From assembly GCA_964016885.1 (NCBI GenBank), contig OZ024740.1:57226001-57290000 (forward strand): a stretch of DNA of 64,000 bases. The letters run 5' to 3'. Shown in pieces: positions 59,856 to 64,000 of this stretch. The stretch is from Eledone cirrhosa. Lineage: Eukaryota. The position numbers and the translations under genes were made by a program. The first letter of the stretch is position 1; the number at the start of each line of letters is the position of its first letter. The notes below the pieces were generated by a model. It ran no database searches. It worked only from the letters and a program-made list of their open reading frames with translations, and had not been told where the DNA came from.

Positions 59856-62800
59856 ATGATGTTCCAGAAAAATGTAAACGAGATAATTGCCAATTTGGGT
59901 TCTGGAACAAAAGAGATCATTGGCAATAAGGGCAGGGGCCCCAAGTTATCACAACCTGGGCCCGCCCGGGTCATTGTAATAGGGCCAAACAGGGCATTTA
60001 GTCTTGGCTGCTGGAACGTACGGACGCTGCTTGACAGGGATTCTTTGGAGCGTCCTGAACGAAGGACCGCTCTTGTTGCAAAGGAGCTTCGACGTTACGA
60101 TCTTGACATCGTGGCTTTGTCTGAGACGAGGTTAGCTGGAGATGGTCATCTTACGGAATTTTGTGGAGAATATACATTCTTCTGGAAAGGAAGAGATGAA
60201 GGAACCAGAAGAGAGGCTGGGGTAGGATTTGCTGTTAAGACTGTACTGGTGAATAAATTGGAAGAATTCCCAGTGGGGATTAGTGAGCGTCTTATGTCCA
60301 TGAGAGTTCCGCTGGACAAGGGAAGATATGCTACCCTGGTGAGTGTGTATGCTCCAACTATGAATTCTGTCGATGAAGAAAAACTGTCCTTTTACCATGC
60401 CTTGAAAGGTGTTTTAAGAAATATCCCTCAGGCAGACAAAGTCATCGTGCTTGGTGACTTTAATGCTAGAGTGGGTAGGGATTTTAACACATGGAATGTA
60501 ATCGGAAGGCATGGGGTGGGAAAGTGTAACAGCAATGGTATGCTCTTGCTGCAGATGTGTGAGGAGCTGGATCTGTGTGTTACCAACACCATGTTCCAAC
60601 AAAAGAACAAATTCAAGACCACATGGATGCATCCTGCATCTAAGGAATGGCATCTTTTGGACTACGTCCTAGTCAGGATGCGTGACAGACAGGATGTGCA
60701 GTGTGTTCGTGTTCTTCGTGGAGCTGAGTGCTGGACGGACCACCGCCTGGTACGCGCAAAAGTGAATCTAATCACCAAACGTAAAATCCGGGCTCCTGGT
60801 GTTACCCTGCCCAAAAGATTGAATGCTGCTCGTCTTAAGGATAAAAATGTGAAGAGGACATTGGAAGAAGAGATGCAGGCTGCAGATCTTGGTGAGGATT
60901 GGCCGACCCTTAAAAAGTCGGTTTATGATGTAGGCAGACGTGTTCTGGGATTGGTGCAGAGAAAACATCAGGACTGGTTTAATGAGAAAGATGTGCATAT
61001 AGATGACTTGTTGGCTGAGAAGAGGCGCGCTCTGTCACGCTACTTGACGGCAAGACCACAGGAGAGGAATACGTTGCATGAGGAGCTCAGGGATGTAAAA
61101 TCACGTGTTAGGCGGAGTCTTTCTCAGATGAAGGATCAGTGGTGGAGTGAGAAGGCTGGTGAGATACAAACTGCGTCTGATTGCAATAACACAAAGCTGT
61201 TGTACAGTCTCTTGCGTGAGGTTTATGGACCCTCTTCTTCTCTGGTGACACCGATTCGCAGCAAGGATGGCAAAGAACTTCTTCGTGACTCACAGGGAAT
61301 TCTACGAAGGTGGCGAGAGCACTTTGATGATCTTTTGAATCAGCCGTCTGTCGTCAGTGAAGATTTCCTCAATCTCATTCCGGAAAGTCCTGTGAAAGTA
61401 GCTCTCGCAGAACCTCCGACACTTGTGGAGGTTGCAGTGGCTATTTCGAAGCTGAACAGTGGAAGATCTCCAGGTATGGATGGCATACATGCTGAGCTCC
61501 TACAATATGGTGGTGAGAGACTCCTGCAACATCTTCACTCTCTGTTTGGAAGGATATGGGCTAATGAATCCGTGCCTGAGGACTGGAGAGATGCGGTAAT
61601 GGTGGTCTTGTACAAGGGAAAGGGTAACAGGAATGATTGTGGGAACTACAGAGGTATATCATTGCTTTCTGTCGTGGGGAAAGTTTTATGTAGGGTGCTT
61701 CTGGACCGTCTGCTGACACACATTGCAGATTGTGTCCTTCCTGAAAGTCAATCTGGTTTTCGTGTTGGACGCGGCACTACTGATATGATCTTCTCAGCTA
61801 GACAGCTCCAGGAGAAGTGCATTGAACAGGGCTTGGATCTGTATCAGGTTTTTGTCGATCTGACAAAGGCTTTCGATACTGTCAACAGAGATGCATTATG
61901 GAAGGTTCTCCAGAAGCTTGGTTGCCCTGATAAGTTCCTTGCTTTAGTTAGGTCTTTCCATGACGACATGAAGGCTTGGGTTAATGTCGGAGGTAACATG
62001 TCGGAGCCTATCTCAGTAAAAAATGGAGTGAAACAGGGGGATATTCCAGCACCGACCCTGTTTGCCATATACTTTGCAATGGTTTTCTGTATTGCATTCA
62101 GGAATTGCGAGCATGGTGTTTACATCCGATATCGAACCTCAGGCAGCATATTTAACATCAGGCGCTTTGCTGCGAAGACAAAAGTATTTACATCAGTCAT
62201 AAGAGACCTCTTGTATGCAGATGATTGCGATCTTGTAGCGCACACAGAGAGTGATATGCAGCACATTTTGAATGTATTTTCTGATGCTTGCACTGCCCTG
62301 GGTTTGACTGTCAGTCTCAAGAAAACCGTCGTCATGTACCAACCTGCACCTGGTAGGCAGTACACTGAACCAAACATCTATGTGTATGGCAAACGACTTG
62401 GAGTGGTTGATCAGTTTGTCTACCTGGGAAGCACTGTCAATCGATACGGCAACCTTGACAGTGAAATCTCACTTAGGATTAGGAAAGCAAGTGATGCTTT
62501 CGGAAAGCTAGAAAGGCGACTCTGGGGTCGGCGAGACATATGCAGGAGGACAAAGGTAAAGGTGTACCGGGCATGTGTACTCTCTTGTCTTCTTTATGCC
62601 TGCGAGACCTGGGTCACATATCGACGCCACCTTAAGCAATTGGAGCGTTTCCATCAGATGTGTCTCAGACGGATACATGGCGTTCACTGGAGGGACCACA
62701 TCAGTGATGTCGAGATTTTGGAAAGCTCTATGTGTGACAGTATAGAAGCTCTTGTGCTTAAGCAGCGACTCCGTTGGAGTGGTCACCTTGCCAGGATGAA

Positions 62801-63395
62801 GGATTCTAGAATACCAAAACAACTCTTCTATGGAGAGTTGGTTAAAGGAAAACGACCGCCACATAAACCAAAAAAGAGGTATAAGGATTCCTTGAAAGCC
62901 TCTCTGAAAGACGCTAACATCTCTGCTGATACATGGGAAAATATTGCTGCTGATCGTAATAAATGGAGAAAGACTGTATATGAGGGAAAAGTTGCCTTTG
63001 AGGCATCTCGAATCGCACACGAGAAAGTAAAGCGGGACGTGAGGAAGGGTATTGCTGTTGCACTTCCAGACGGCGAGGGTCCTCCTATGTTTCTGACATG
63101 CAGCGTCTGTGCGAGACTCTGCCTAAGCAAAGCTGGACTCGAAAGTCATCTTCGCAGTCATAAAGTAAGACCAGTGGTTGACTACCAGGCTGCTGTTGGA
63201 GATGCTACTCACCATGCTTGCCAAACATGTGGTAGAGAATGTAAATCAGCAGGAGGACTCAAGCGACATGCAAAAGTACACGAACTCCAACCACAGCCGA
63301 CTATTCCCAGTAAATGTTTTGGTTGCCGACTCTGTGCAAGACATTTTAGATCATTGGCTGGGCTAAAAAGCCACATTCGATCGCAGCACTGTTAG
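59856..63395 (+). CDS. RTE-clade LINE polyprotein: APE, RT and three C2H2 zinc fingers; uninterrupted
   Basis: CWNVRTLLD..ERRTALVAKEL, ALSETR, GDFNARVG, TDHRLV, ESQSGFR, FVDLTKAFD, GVKQG, LYADD, RLRWSGHLARM, RIPKQLFYGEL, three C-terminal CxxC..H..H motifs; followed by (TG)n. Confidence 0.95.
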   Translation: MMFQKNVNEIIANLGSGTKEIIGNKGRGPKLSQPGPARVIVIGPNRAFSLGCWNVRTLLDRDSLERPERRTALVAKELRRYDLDIVALSETRLAGDGHLTEFCGEYTFFWKGRDEGTRREAGVGFAVKTVLVNKLEEFPVGISERLMSMRVPLDKGRYATLVSVYAPTMNSVDEEKLSFYHALKGVLRNIPQADKVIVLGDFNARVGRDFNTWNVIGRHGVGKCNSNGMLLLQMCEELDLCVTNTMFQQKNKFKTTWMHPASKEWHLLDYVLVRMRDRQDVQCVRVLRGAECWTDHRLVRAKVNLITKRKIRAPGVTLPKRLNAARLKDKNVKRTLEEEMQAADLGEDWPTLKKSVYDVGRRVLGLVQRKHQDWFNEKDVHIDDLLAEKRRALSRYLTARPQERNTLHEELRDVKSRVRRSLSQMKDQWWSEKAGEIQTASDCNNTKLLYSLLREVYGPSSSLVTPIRSKDGKELLRDSQGILRRWREHFDDLLNQPSVVSEDFLNLIPESPVKVALAEPPTLVEVAVAISKLNSGRSPGMDGIHAELLQYGGERLLQHLHSLFGRIWANESVPEDWRDAVMVVLYKGKGNRNDCGNYRGISLLSVVGKVLCRVLLDRLLTHIADCVLPESQSGFRVGRGTTDMIFSARQLQEKCIEQGLDLYQVFVDLTKAFDTVNRDALWKVLQKLGCPDKFLALVRSFHDDMKAWVNVGGNMSEPISVKNGVKQGDIPAPTLFAIYFAMVFCIAFRNCEHGVYIRYRTSGSIFNIRRFAAKTKVFTSVIRDLLYADDCDLVAHTESDMQHILNVFSDACTALGLTVSLKKTVVMYQPAPGRQYTEPNIYVYGKRLGVVDQFVYLGSTVNRYGNLDSEISLRIRKASDAFGKLERRLWGRRDICRRTKVKVYRACVLSCLLYACETWVTYRRHLKQLERFHQMCLRRIHGVHWRDHISDVEILESSMCDSIEALVLKQRLRWSGHLARMKDSRIPKQLFYGELVKGKRPPHKPKKRYKDSLKASLKDANISADTWENIAADRNKWRKTVYEGKVAFEASRIAHEKVKRDVRKGIAVALPDGEGPPMFLTCSVCARLCLSKAGLESHLRSHKVRPVVDYQAAVGDATHHACQTCGRECKSAGGLKRHAKVHELQPQPTIPSKCFGCRLCARHFRSLAGLKSHIRSQHC

Positions 63396-63516
63396 TTGCT
63401 ATCGTGTGTTTGTGTGTGTGTGTGTGTGTGTAGATATGCTTATGTGCGTGCGTGTGTGTGTATATATATATGAATATGTATATTATTATTGTTGTTGTCG
63501 TTATTATTATTATTGC

Positions 63517-63556
<40 letters not shown>

Positions 63557-63678
63557 GTTATTAATGTATGTGTGTATATATGTGTGAGTGTATGTGTATG
63601 TATGTGTGTGTGTATATATGTATGTATATGTATGTATGTGTGTGTGTATGTATATGTGTATATATATATGTGTGTATA

Positions 63679-63711
<33 letters not shown>

Positions 63712-63721
63712 CTTTTCCCTT

Positions 63722-63797
<76 letters not shown>

Positions 63798-64000
63798 TTT
63801 TTTTTTTTTTTTTTTTTTTTTTTATTGTGCAATGGCCATACTCGATAGCGAGGGGGCAGCCATCATATATATATATACATATTTGTATCCTGATTTTTAT
63901 AAATAGGGTACTTTTTGAAAGATTTAACTCAGATTTTGGTATATTGATCTCAAGTTTTTAAACTAAACATATGGTCATTATTGAACAATGTTATTTTCTC

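Noticed and set aside
60132-63130. Antisense ORFs within LINE and PLE coding regions
   Set aside because: Shadow ORFs of the real RT frames.

Overview
Eukaryotic, very AT-rich, repeat-saturated DNA with no recognisable host gene. The SINE types and (TA)n density suggest a cephalopod (Octopus-like) genome; this is inference. Nearly all IYIY/VCVC-type ORFs in the track are microsatellite noise. Real content: (i) four Penelope-like retroelements (PLEs; RT plus C-terminal GIY-YIG) and many non-coding PLE-type derivatives with direct or inverted terminal repeats, nested in (TA)n arrays; (ii) two head-to-head, frameshifted CR1-like LINEs whose ORF1 has a Myb/SANT-like N-terminus and CCCH fingers; (iii) an uninterrupted RTE-type LINE ORF with three C-terminal C2H2 fingers; (iv) tRNA-derived SINEs and a hAT-type MITE. 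Reading by eye found about 25 hammerhead ribozyme (HHR) motifs in about 10 distinct families, including core variants (U3-A8, U4C) and branched stem II inserts. The strongest candidate for novelty is a pair of diverged 69-nt motifs (502-570 +, 3621-3689 -) holding a complete hammerhead core in a non-circularly permuted, pseudoknotted order joined to a kink-turn, with strong covariation. Three retroelements also carry an in-phase X_UUU_UUA slippery heptamer at an ATG-less -1 ORF1/ORF2 overlap. All structures were folded by hand; no activity has been shown.
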